From Diplonema japonicum (lineage: Eukaryota; Protista; Euglenozoa: Diplonemea): a DNA stretch of 64,000 bases. The DNA lies in the NCBI GenBank assembly GCA_964019335.1, contig OZ025739.1, positions 124,001-188,000 on the forward strand. Direction: 5' to 3'. Positions 10,014 to 21,088 of the stretch are shown here, piece by piece. Both the position numbers and the translations under genes were made by a program. Position 1 is the stretch's first letter; each line of letters starts with the position of its first letter. The notes under the pieces are model-generated. The model was not told the DNA's origin. It searched no databases and saw nothing but the letters and a program-made list of their open reading frames with translations.

Positions 10014-11537
10014 ATGGGCAAGCCTCCTGGAGGTAAGAAAGGCAGCGACAAGAAGGTCTTCAAGGACAAGAAGGTGTTCAAACAAGGCAAGAAGGTTTTC
10101 AAGGACAAGAAAACCGAGTTTTTAAAACAGAAATTGAAAAAAGAGACGAGGAAAGCGCAAGCGGGGAAGGAATCGGGGAAGGACGACAGCGTGATCACGG
10201 TGGCGTGGAAGGGAAGGGAGAAGGAGGTGGCGAAGAAGGATCTGATGGGTGACAAGAAGGGGAAAATGCTGCTCAAGAAAATCGCTCAAAAACGCGTCTT
10301 AAGCGCTGACGAAAAACACAGGTTGAAAATGCTCGGAGAGAGCGGTGACCTAATGAAGCTCTGGGAGGTCATCAGAGAAAAAAACAAATCAAAAGCCGAA
10401 AAACAGAAAGCGATGGACCAGATCATGGAATTCACCTCTGAAACCTTCAAAGAAGATTCCCGCAAGCCCGATATGTCGCGAATCTTCCAATCCGTCTTAA
10501 AATGGGGCTCTCCCGGTATCCGAGCTGAAATTTACAACAGGCTAAAAGGAACACTAGCTGACCTCTCAACTCACTCTCATGCGAACCAGCTTGTGAAATC
10601 TCTTATCGAGTACAGCAATTCTTCGAACGTTAGTGAAATCTTCACCGAAATGATGAAGGCGGGTTACAAAATCCTCTCCCACAAGAACGCTCTCTTGGTG
10701 TTGGAACACCTTCACAACAAATTAAACGCGGAGAAGCAGAACCTGTTGGTCCTCTCGTTCTTCGATGGAATCGAGTTGAAAACAATGAAGGGGTACCCGA
10801 AGCTTGGCGACATCCTGTCAGAGCTAACACCCTCCACACTGGACTACAAACGGATCATCGAAAGACTTTTCAAAATGCTGTCCCCCTCAGTCACAAAGGG
10901 TACCTTCGACAACATCTTGATCCACAAGCTCCTCGAGGTCTTGCTGAAATACGGAACGGAGTTCGAGGTGTCGGACATTCTGGAGGATATTTCGAAGGGT
11001 GTTGTACACATGGCGAGGACAAGACCTGGAGCAGCGGTAGCAGGGCATATTCTCGTCCACGCTTCTCCCCGTGTTCGAAAGGTTATTGTCAAGAGCTTCC
11101 AGCACTCTGTTGTGGACATGTGTTGCAGCAAGGCAACATGCTTCTTCATGTGTAAAGTTTTTGATGTGTGTGATGATGTTGAGCACACGGTGAAGGTTAT
11201 CGTCAAAGAGATGACAGCATCTATGTCGGACATGGTGACTGATCCCCATGGGTCCATCCCCTTGCTGCACCTCCTCACCCCGAGCGAGGAGCGCAAAAAG
11301 AAATACTTCACGTTTAACCATTTCGATGACCTCTGGCATGACTCCCCCGCCCGCGACCCTCTCCACGCCACGAGCCTCAACAGAACCTACCAGGAGGTCA
11401 CGAAGGATGTTTGCAAGCGACACCCTAAGGACAAGCATCCTTTGATCCTCCAAACACTTCTCCCCTCTCTTTTGGAAACTCTTTTGGCCGACACCACAGC
11501 CATGTGTGAGAACGTGGTTTCGAGAAGGGTATGGTGG

Positions 11538-11568
<31 letters not shown>

Positions 11569-11963
11569 CTCCCACAGATCATCACCGAACTCGTTGAATA
11601 CGCGAAGAACTGTACCATTAAAGTCAACAAATCGGCGATCAAAGCGCTTAGTGAGGCGTTGGGAGCGCGGTCTGACACAAAGAGGTATGGGGAAGAAAAA
11701 AAAAGAAGAAGGGGTGGTTGTGGAAAAAAAAAAAAAAAAAAAAAAAAAAATATTGTCACAGGAAATTCAGAGATGAAAGCAAGGCCGACAAGGAGGAACA
11801 AGCACAGCCCCCTGCCAAAAAGCAAAAGGTTGTCGCAGCGAAAAAACAGACCCAAAACTCCAAAACTAAGGAGAAGGCCCCTGCAGAGAAACCGAAGGCC
11901 GCTGCAGAGAAACCGAAGGCAAAAGCGGGTAAGAAAGCCGTCAAGAAGGCGAGCAAGAAATGA
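10014..11963 (+). CDS. PUF6: Puf6/PUM3-like nucleolar Pumilio-repeat protein; join(10014..11528,11578..11684,11762..11963), 607 aa
   Basis: Lys-rich N-terminus, LWE..R, SRIFQSVLKWGS, RKVIVKSF, FDVCDD; two GTATG..CAG introns restore the frame. Confidence 0.8.
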
Positions 11964-12255
11964 TCGGACTGACTACCCCTATGCACACCCCCCCCCTTTA
12001 TTTTCCCGTGTTTCACCACCTTTCTTTTTCGCCATATTCATATCCACCCCCCTTTTTTTTCCCTCATTAATACCCCCAATTTTTTTGTCTCCCCCGAAAA
12101 TTATCAAACGGGGAAAAAAAAAGTATTAAAAAACAAAATCGTATCAGTATTTCCTTTCTATTGGTATTTTTTTTTACGGAGAAAGAAAAAATAAATCATT
12201 ACAAGAAAGAGAGGGAGGGAGAAGAAAGGGGGAAAAAAAAAAAGAGAAGAAAAAA

Positions 12256-15200
12256 ATGGAAAAGCTTGAAGAATTAAAAGAGCAAGAGAGGGACGAAAGG
12301 GCCCAGATAGAAGTGCAATGGGATCAGGTGACGACAGTACTACGGGGCGACATGATTGCGGACTTCATCGTTGACAGTGACGAAGAAGATGACTACAAGG
12401 TAGCTCAGGTGAACTTACTGATCGACACTACCTACCAAGTAAGCCCATATGAGGGTGAGGACGTAGAAGTGATCCTGACGGAGTTTTCTTCCGAGATAAA
12501 GTACTACGTGGCGTTATTGGCGGTCCATGTGTTACTACCTGTTCGGGTCTCTGCTCCTGAGATCCTCGGCGGCGTCCTAGAAAGCCTGGAACTCCCCGAC
12601 CCCGTTATCGACGGCCTTCTTCAACTCTGTGAAGATTCAGAATATGAGCTTCAGTACGATCAAGTGGAGCTAGCCGCCTCAGGCCTCCCTTCAGAACTCC
12701 GTCTAGGTGTCATCGCAGCCCTCGCCGCCTCTGGACTGCAAAGTGGCTCATACGACGCCCGCCTTCGATGGGCGCTTCGCCGTATGGCCACCATTCTCAA
12801 AGTACCTTGGTCCCGTGTTGCTGTTGCGGAGGGCATCCTCGCCACCACGCTTCTCGATAAGGCGTCTGATGCATCTCACGCGACTAAGGGTAAGGGGTCT
12901 TCTTATCGTTGGTTGAAGGTCGGTGCTGGTGTTACTTTAGGAGCGGGTGTTCTCGTGATCACCGGCGGTCTCGCTGCACCCCTCGTCGCTGCCGCAGCCA
13001 CTGCCCTTGCTTCCACCACCGCTGGAATCGCTGCTGCAGCAGGACTCACCACCATTGCCACCGCCATCGGCGCCACAGCAGCCTCACTCGGAGCCGTCAT
13101 GACCATACCAGTTATCACAGCGCTGTTCGGAGCAGCCGGTGCTGGGCTCACCGGGTTGAAGGTGTACCGCAGGACAGCGGGTGTCGATGAGTTCGTCTGC
13201 AAGTCCATTCGTGACGTGAGGATACCGCCCTGGCTTGTGAACAACCCGTGTAGGTGTCTTGCTGCAGATCGAGGGCCCGGTGCCGCAGTGCACCTTGCCG
13301 TGCGGTCCATCACAACGTCGAACATGGCACGCAAGATAGATACAGACAGAAAGGTGGTGTTTGCTGTGGAACACATGGCTCCTGAGATGGGTGACCTGCA
13401 CTTGGTTGCTTCGCACCTAGAGCACGGCGAGTGGGTGTACAAGCCGCCGAAGGTACTTCATCACGGCATGGTTGCTGTGGGGGCTGCTTCGAAGACACGC
13501 TTCGGGATGCGGGTGCAGGGCTGCGTGGTGTACAGCAACGCAGACTGCAGCATAGAGGTGATGTGTGGGTTTGACTGTCCTGTGGTAGGGTCCTTCTGGC
13601 ACAGGGTGCTGCACGGGAAGGGGCTCTCGGGGGATGTCGCAAAGAATCTTGTGAAGTGCATGGCGCAGCCTTTGGAGTGGAGCGCGTTCAAGCTGCAGGA
13701 CGACGGCGAGAAGGTTTTCGTGAGCTCAACTGGCGCTGCAGAGGCTGTCTTCACCATCGACTCGAGGTCCACAGACACAGAAACGCAGACGGTCTGCATT
13801 GACGACAAACTGGTGAGCGCGAACACTGTAATGACGCACCAGCAGCAAGGGAACTACCGCCACGCAATGTACGTGGCAGTCCTCAACTTGGCGGAAGAGA
13901 CGTTGGACCTCGTGGATACAATCATAGACTGCGGTCTCTTGAGCTCAAAACATCACTTCCCCAAATCTATCCCATCCGGAATGGTCGGCGTTGCTGGTGT
14001 ACACAATAAGAAACTCCGCCCTACAGGGGCAGGAGGCTACACAATCTACACTGGAAAAGGTTTTACACTGTGCGTCGCATACTTGTACCCAGTGAGTGGG
14101 GGTATGAAGGCACACGCTCTTATCGTGGAGGATGACGTGAAGGCGTCGGATGTACCGAAAATGTTCAAAGAAAAGGAGAAAACGACAGAGGGAAGCGTGG
14201 GGTGGTGCCACCCGGAGACGAAGCAGCAGTACGCAGTGTCATGGGAGGTGGGCAAGGAAGGGATTGAATTCACGTTCAGGGAAGTTATCTCTGCACAGGG
14301 CAACCTTGCAGAAGTGTCAGGCTTGCATGTTGTTATCGGGGTGTCGGGTATGACTGTTCACGACGATCCACGACTCCGCACTGCCGAGCTTGAAGACTGC
14401 ATGTGGCTACCTGTTCTCGGAGGGGACTTAGGAAGCCTTGGCCTGTACGGCGCTGACCCGTACTTCGTGTCGTGGGAGAAGGAGCTACAAGCAAAGTTTG
14501 GCGAGTTCATGAGCGAGCCTACCGACTACGGCACAGTCATGAAATCAGCTGCAAACAGAGGAGCAACGGAAGCTATGAAGAATCCTGCAGTCGCTGGCGT
14601 TGCCGGCTTAACAGGCGCAGCATACTTCGCAGCAGCCACCATGTGGGCCTCCCTTGCGTGGCCTTACTACGCTGTGCAAGCTGCCGACATAATCGACTCC
14701 ACATATGTGATTCTAAACAAGAAGGCGAAGGAGGCTGGCGGTCTCCTTGCCGCGATGCTTTTAGAAAAAGCACAAGGTGGTCGGCCTGTCACGCTGGTCG
14801 GTGTGTCCATCGGTGCCAACGTGGTGTTCCATGCATTGGTAGCGTTGTCCAAAGCGGCAGACGGAGCAGGGCACGGCCTTGTGGAAAGCGCGATCCTTAT
14901 CGGTGCGACGGTACCGAGCAAAGCTAAAAGGTGGTCAGCCGTGCGGTCGACGGTGGCTGGGAGGCTCATTAACGTGTACTCGGGGCATGATTGGTTCTTA
15001 GCATTCTTGCATAGAGGCTCTACCGTGTCACTGCGAGGCGTAGCAGGGCTGACAAAGGTGACGGTCAAAGGAGTGGAGAACGTATGCGTGAACCATCTGG
15101 TTCGGGCGTCCTCCGACTATGTCAGAAAACTGGGCGAAGTAATGGCATGCATCCCACCCTGGCCCACTGCACAAACCTTCAGCACGACAACAACAATACC

Positions 15201-16411
15201 AGGAAAGGTTACTCCAGTAGAGGAAGCAGACGAGGAACTGGAACTCATCGCCGATTCCAGTACAGCGTCCAACTACATGGCGATATGCGTTAGGAACAAG
15301 TCCGAGGTGACACTGTCGCTCCGCAGCGCAACGTTCGAGTCCGGGGAATGGGAAGTATCGCCACCGGAAGAACCGGTCTTCCCTGGCAACGCAGTCACAA
15401 TGGCAGCAAGATCATCATCATCGTTGGCAACATCTATACACGGGATGGCTGTGTTCGAGACAGATGATAATTTTATGCTACTCGTGGTGTTCAAAGTTCC
15501 CGTGTACGGTGATGCTGAGGTTCTGGCAGAGATGTTTGAGTCAACCTCTGAAGTCCCTCTTCTGCAGGACATGTCGTCTAAGCTGACCGTGGAACCGGGT
15601 AAAAGCTTCTGCAGCGACCACGTGGTGCGGTACGAACGTGTAGGGAACAAGCTGGCCGTCACGCTCCGTCTGTCGGACGGCATCCCTCAACGTGAGCTCA
15701 GCTCCCCTACTATCCACACTGTTGGTGCGAGTATGATCACTGATACCCCCCAAGCACCTGTCGTTCTTACAAAGCTTCTCACCAATCGTTTCTCCACATC
15801 CGACCTCGGGTTGGCTATACGTAACAAGACTTCCTTACACTTGGTTTACTGCTGGTCCTTTATGAAGTACGGTACTTGGAAGATGACACCGCCCCCTGAG
15901 GTCCCTCCTGGTAAGGCGGGGCTTGCTGCCTGTTCCGGGGGCATCCGCAAGGGTGTGAAGGGTGTCTTGTGTTACTGCCTTGAAGAACAGTATGATTTGT
16001 TAAAAGGGGGAATATACAATAAAAAAAAAAAAAAAGATTTGCGTTGTTGCTTGCGTTCTCGCTGCCATTGATGAGCTCTGCTTGTATTTATGCTGAAACA
16101 ATACCGTTGGAGGAAGCCTGTGACGAAGCTGCTGAAGCAGCGTTGGAGAAACTTAGGTATGAGCGAGAAAGGTGGGGGGGGGACCTTTATAAAAAAACCT
16201 TAACAGAACCTCTGGGAGTAAAGTCTCGTGGGCGCAGGATGCAGAGAGAGGCTATAAACTGTCGTGGAAGCTACCCCCTGGAGGGACCACCAAGATGTCA
16301 TTCACGATACACGCTATCGATGCATCGAAGATCCAGCCGAAGAGGAGCAACAGCGTGGTCCTCGAGAAACGACCCTCCACCGCTAACCTTATGGACATGG
16401 GTGCTCAATAG
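12256..16411 (+). CDS. DUF726/TMCO4 (Mil1-like) alpha/beta-hydrolase with four actinoporin/aegerolysin-like modules; join(12256..15989,16037..16156,16207..16411), 1352 aa
   Basis: YDARLR, ITGGLAAP Gly/Ala-rich TM region, RPVTLVGVSIGA (GxSxG), VAGRLINVYS..DWFLAFL; two introns give a continuous frame. Confidence 0.85.
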
Positions 16412-16574
16412 ATACCTCCATTTTTTATTTATTTTTTGCTTCTTATTTTCCAATGATACTTGCTTCCTAAACAATACCCCCCTTTTCCCTTCAAAAAAAA
16501 TGTCTTCCTTCCCAAAAAAACGAAAACCTATTATAAAAAAAAAAAAAGGAGTATTTAAAAAAAAAAAAGAAGCA

Positions 16575-17393
16575 ATGGCGTGTTGTTTGGTATGCTTTTC
16601 TGGTGAGCCCATAGAAGGCGAGGCCAGGCGACCCAACCAGTGGCAGGTTCCTTTGAAGGAGGGGTGCTCCAAGGACCCTTGCCATTGTTGCTTTGGGTTC
16701 TGGTGTGCTGAGTGCGCCGCGATGAAGCTGAGGAAGAAGTCCCTCGACGCAAGGGGGGAGTGGCCTGCTGGGTACAAATGCTGCCAAGGTGTTATCCCAG
16801 CCTGTGCATGCTTCAAGCCCGGTGAGATGGGCGAGGCCGACAACGCCTGCTGCTGTCTGTGCCTTGAAGCGTGGTGCTGTACCGGCATCAGCACCTCCTC
16901 GACTTACATCTTCGTGATGGAGACGTACCAGCTGGACAACGATCCGTGTTACAACAAGTTTGTGAGGTTTAACAACTGCATTCAGATCCTTGCTTGCTTC
17001 TGCACAATTGCATCCATCTTCATGAGCGATCTTAGGGAGGCAGCGCAGTGTGTCAGGCTCATCGCCGACTTTGTGTTCCGAACCCTAATGGGGTGTATTA
17101 ATGCACAGGTGAACTTTGAAATTGATTACCAACTGCAGCGTGGTGGAGGGGCCTACAAACCTGTTGCAGGTGCTGTTGCTGGTGCTTATCCTCCCCAGCA
17201 AAATATGGGCGGGCAAGTTCCTCCTCAACCCCACTATGCTCAGGGATACCCTCAGGGTGCCCCTCCCCAGAAGCAACAGCAGTACCCTCCCCAGCAGGGC
17301 CAGCAGGCGCCTCCTGTCGTTGCGTACGGGCAGCCACCCGTGCAGCAGGGTTACCAACCTCCTCAGCAGGGTTACCCCGCAGGCGGCGTTTAA
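16575..17393 (+). CDS. PLAC8-family Cys-rich membrane protein with Pro/Gln/Tyr/Gly tail (copy A)
   Basis: W...L..C..DP..CC.G.WC, CLEAWCC; PQQGY repeats. Confidence 0.8.
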   Translation: MACCLVCFSGEPIEGEARRPNQWQVPLKEGCSKDPCHCCFGFWCAECAAMKLRKKSLDARGEWPAGYKCCQGVIPACACFKPGEMGEADNACCCLCLEAWCCTGISTSSTYIFVMETYQLDNDPCYNKFVRFNNCIQILACFCTIASIFMSDLREAAQCVRLIADFVFRTLMGCINAQVNFEIDYQLQRGGGAYKPVAGAVAGAYPPQQNMGGQVPPQPHYAQGYPQGAPPQKQQQYPPQQGQQAPPVVAYGQPPVQQGYQPPQQGYPAGGV

Positions 17394-17571
17394 ATATATA
17401 TGATGTTTCTTTTTTTTTTTTTTTTTTTTTTTTTGATTTTGCTCAACCATTTTTCTTTTTTCAAAATTTTCTTTTCTTTTTTTCTCCCTGGGCTTACAAT
17501 GTACCACTTAAACTTGCACTCCCCCTTTCCTTGTAGAATATTAACCCCGAAGTAATGGTCCGCATTAATTC

Positions 17572-17608
<37 letters not shown>

Positions 17609-18076
17609 CCCAACGGCACAAGCTGGAAATGAAGAAATAATAATGTTATTATCAGGGGTAGAGGGAGGGAGATTTACAAAAAAAAAGAAAAAAAAAAAAA
17701 AGAGGGGGAAAAAAGACAATATAAGTTGGGTTTTTACTTCTTTTTTTCTCCTCCCCCGCCCGCCAAAGTACAGACCACCCCCCACCCCCCCTTCTTCCTT
17801 CAATCTTTTTTTCTGATTCTCGCCCCGATCCCTCCCTTTTACTAGTCAATGTGTCGTGTTCGTTAAATACAAGTTTATTCCCCCATTTAACTTTATTTCT
17901 CCTACCCCCCACTAACGAGAAAAAAAAAATATTCATTCTTTTTTTTTTTTTCCATGCTTTTTCCCCACCCACCCTATTTCCCCCCCCCCATTTTTCTTTC
18001 CATTCGGTCTTTTATATTTTTTAAAAAAAAAGATTTTCCACGTTTCCAACCCCAAGTACAGTATACAAAAAAAAAA

Positions 18077-20419
18077 ATGGAAGACTCTTGGGTGGTTCAC
18101 ACTGCGGACGACAAGAAAGTTTTTTCTTGGGCGAACCTTCTAACAATGCAGTCAGTACACGGTGTGATTCTCGAAGGCGGCGACGAAGAGCGAAAGAGAA
18201 GGGAGCTCGACTTTGTAAATAGAAAAGACGGGAAAACCCACACGATCCTCGTCAATAAAATCTACGTGGAAGCCCTCTGCCTCCCGCAGCTCAGGCTACA
18301 ATGCAAAACCGAAAGAGGAATGCGAAACTGCATCGGCAGGCTAGTTGAACTCCTAAAATCAGCGGAAAACGGATGTATAGGAATTTGCTGGGCAGAAGAA
18401 CACTTTTTAACAAGCCGCCGGGGAGACCCATACCCAGCTGTCCAGCATCTTTTAAAACACCTAAAAGGCGACCCTTACTATAGAGGATACGATTTAGTAT
18501 TTACAAAAAGGGAACACCACGATATTGCAAGAATAACACACGTCAGGAAATCTCTCGAAACGGAGCTGGAAAAACTTCGATGGGAAACAGGGCCGTTTCA
18601 GGAATCTACATGGTTCACATACCCGTTGGAAAGCAGGCTTCTTGGATACAAAAATCTCGTAACAAACCTCCTTTCGGAAATGGAATCCGGGACCCGACCT
18701 TCTGATTTCGAAACAGCAAGAAACATTTGGGAATGGTGTTTAAGATATGCTCTGTTTGATCAATGCTCTCCAGAACCGATAATGGATGGAAACGCGCTTT
18801 TGGAAAGAGCAACACAAATTTTATGTGGATCGGATATACCGGATACAAACGGACCGTCGGGTTTTCCTTACAACAAATCAGATCTTCCAACGGAACCTGC
18901 TGGCGGGAATTTCTGGCGTTTAAATGAAGCATTCGGCCTTCCAGACCCTGCAAAACGGAAACGGTCGGGACAACACGATCCTTGCGTTTTAATCAACACA
19001 GACTCGTCATGCTGGTTGAACTCAGCGTTGATACCGCTCAGAGAATCCGGTGTATTCCGACGGCTTCTGTTTGACATCCGTCCTTACAAGACAGAATGGT
19101 CCGACGCGCTAAAAAATTTCGCGGAAGATGATGCAGCAAACGCACCGTTGAACAAAATCGCTGTAAAATTTGTACACCGTTTGCAGTCTCTATTCGCGTT
19201 CATGTCGCCTGTAGGAGAACACAAGTACGCGTTTAACCCCCATGTTCGAGAGGCCGTTGAAGAATTCAGACATTTACAAACCGGCGGTTACGCAGGAGCG
19301 TCATCCGACGCGTCAGAATTTTTAGGTGTTTTACCAGATGTTATCCAATCTGCGTTAAAATGCCATCCATCCAGCGAGACGCTTTCAAAGGAGATCGACG
19401 ATATTTTCTACTGCAGGACCAAATCGAAAAATCTTCGTGGGGAAGACTCAACAGATGAAGACGATTCCGGTCGTGCGGAGTATCCGTTGATGACAGACGG
19501 AGGCGGCGATTTGGAGGTTAAACTGCTCCGAACGTTGGAAACAGGATCGCATTCTCTTCAATATTTTGTCAAAACACCGAAATTGTTGTCCATCGTCATC
19601 CGCAGGAAGCTCTGGGACAAGAAGAAAAACAAACCTTACATCTCAAAGGAGCCCGTTCGAATTCCACAACATCTTTGTTTAGACGCTCTTTACGGAGATG
19701 AAACATGTTTGGAAACCCGTAGAAAGCTTATGACAGCGGAACAATTGATCTCGGACTTGGAAGCGTACGACCCAAGCGTTCAATTACGTGTCGCACCAAA
19801 CCCAATGCCTGATTGTTTAACCAGTGAAGTCGGTGATGGAGCAATCGCTGATTTACAAGATCATCTTCAAAAACTGTCGGAAAGCGTTGCAGCCGTTCAA
19901 CTTAAACGAGATGCATTGCTCGCAAAAGAAAAATCCACCGCCGCAGAATTACTGTCCGAACTAACCGGGAGATTGAACAGCTCCGGTAACGAGAATTACA
20001 GGTTGTTTGCGGTCATTGTTTACTCTGACGCCTATCGTGGACATTATTGGTCTTACGTTGACTGTGGTGGGAAATGGCTTCGATGTGATGATAAGGCTGA
20101 GTTTGGGGAGCTCCCGACTTTTGAAGAATGTAGTGTTGAAGAAGCCTTGGAGTCTGCGAGTACAACTGCTTCCTGTGTTTTGTACGAAAAGAAGGATCGT
20201 GCAGGAGTTGATCCTTACGCCGAAGATGCGCTGCCTCCGCATCTCCGTGCACGTGTGGAGCAGGATAATGCGAAGCTCGCTCATTATATTTCTAGGATGC
20301 CCGATGTAGAGTTCGAGCCACAGACATCTTCCTCGAGCTTTCACCATGAGACTACTTACGAAGAGGATGCGGAATCCGGTTGCAGTGGGATATCTTCTGA
20401 TGATTACGCGAGGTACTAA
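18077..20419 (+). CDS. ubiquitin-specific protease (peptidase C19)
   Basis: Cys box LINTDSSCWLNSAL, DASEFL, His box YRLFAVIVY...GHYWSYV...WLRCDD. Confidence 0.88.
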   Translation: MEDSWVVHTADDKKVFSWANLLTMQSVHGVILEGGDEERKRRELDFVNRKDGKTHTILVNKIYVEALCLPQLRLQCKTERGMRNCIGRLVELLKSAENGCIGICWAEEHFLTSRRGDPYPAVQHLLKHLKGDPYYRGYDLVFTKREHHDIARITHVRKSLETELEKLRWETGPFQESTWFTYPLESRLLGYKNLVTNLLSEMESGTRPSDFETARNIWEWCLRYALFDQCSPEPIMDGNALLERATQILCGSDIPDTNGPSGFPYNKSDLPTEPAGGNFWRLNEAFGLPDPAKRKRSGQHDPCVLINTDSSCWLNSALIPLRESGVFRRLLFDIRPYKTEWSDALKNFAEDDAANAPLNKIAVKFVHRLQSLFAFMSPVGEHKYAFNPHVREAVEEFRHLQTGGYAGASSDASEFLGVLPDVIQSALKCHPSSETLSKEIDDIFYCRTKSKNLRGEDSTDEDDSGRAEYPLMTDGGGDLEVKLLRTLETGSHSLQYFVKTPKLLSIVIRRKLWDKKKNKPYISKEPVRIPQHLCLDALYGDETCLETRRKLMTAEQLISDLEAYDPSVQLRVAPNPMPDCLTSEVGDGAIADLQDHLQKLSESVAAVQLKRDALLAKEKSTAAELLSELTGRLNSSGNENYRLFAVIVYSDAYRGHYWSYVDCGGKWLRCDDKAEFGELPTFEECSVEEALESASTTASCVLYEKKDRAGVDPYAEDALPPHLRARVEQDNAKLAHYISRMPDVEFEPQTSSSSFHHETTYEEDAESGCSGISSDDYARY

Positions 20420-21088
20420 AAAAATTTTTTTTTAAACCCAACGTTTTTTTTTTTTTTTTTTTTTTTTTTTATTTTACACATTTCCCCGCCCGTTTTTTTT
20501 TTTTTTTTTTATATTTTTTTTTTAGACCGGAGACTTTAAAAAAAAAAAAAAAAAACAAGATTTTTATTCTATTTCATGCTAACCTTTTGACATTCAAGTC
20601 TGTTTTTTTTTGTTTTTCTTCTGCTCTAAAAAAAAATTAAAAATTAAAAAAAAAAATGAAGAGGGGTTTAAAAAAAAAAAAAAAAAAAAAAAAAGACTAG
20701 GCAGTGAGCGCAAAAAAAAATATTTTAACAATGCGAACCGTAAGGTTGTCCTAGTATTAAGGAGATGGGTGATTGGGGGGGGAAAAAAAAAAGGGAAAAA
20801 AAAAAAAAACGAAAGAAAAAAAAAAAGAAATGCACACCACCACTCTATTTCCTTTTTTTTTCTTTACATTTTTTTGTGGAGTTTAAAAAAAATTACCCCC
20901 CCCCCCCCCCACATACTCAACTTATGTCCCCCTTCCTCTCCTCCCCCCCCTTTTTTTCCCCCTCGTTCTTTCTCTCCTTTCTTACCCTCTTTTTTTTTTT
21001 TTTTTCCCTTCTTTTTTTTTCTTCAACCCCATTTTCCCCCATATTCAACGCAACCCAGGAAGAAAAAAAAAAGAAAAAAAAAAAAGAA

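Noticed and set aside
16044-16574. N-terminal extension of the 449-aa ORF onto PLAC8 copy A
   Set aside because: Chance read-through from exon 2 of the DUF726 gene; the paralog at 54007 shows the true start is MACC at 16575. Similar spurious extensions were trimmed for ORFs at 17954, 20765, 34651, 40782, 41938, 51085, 55270, 56425 and 57485.
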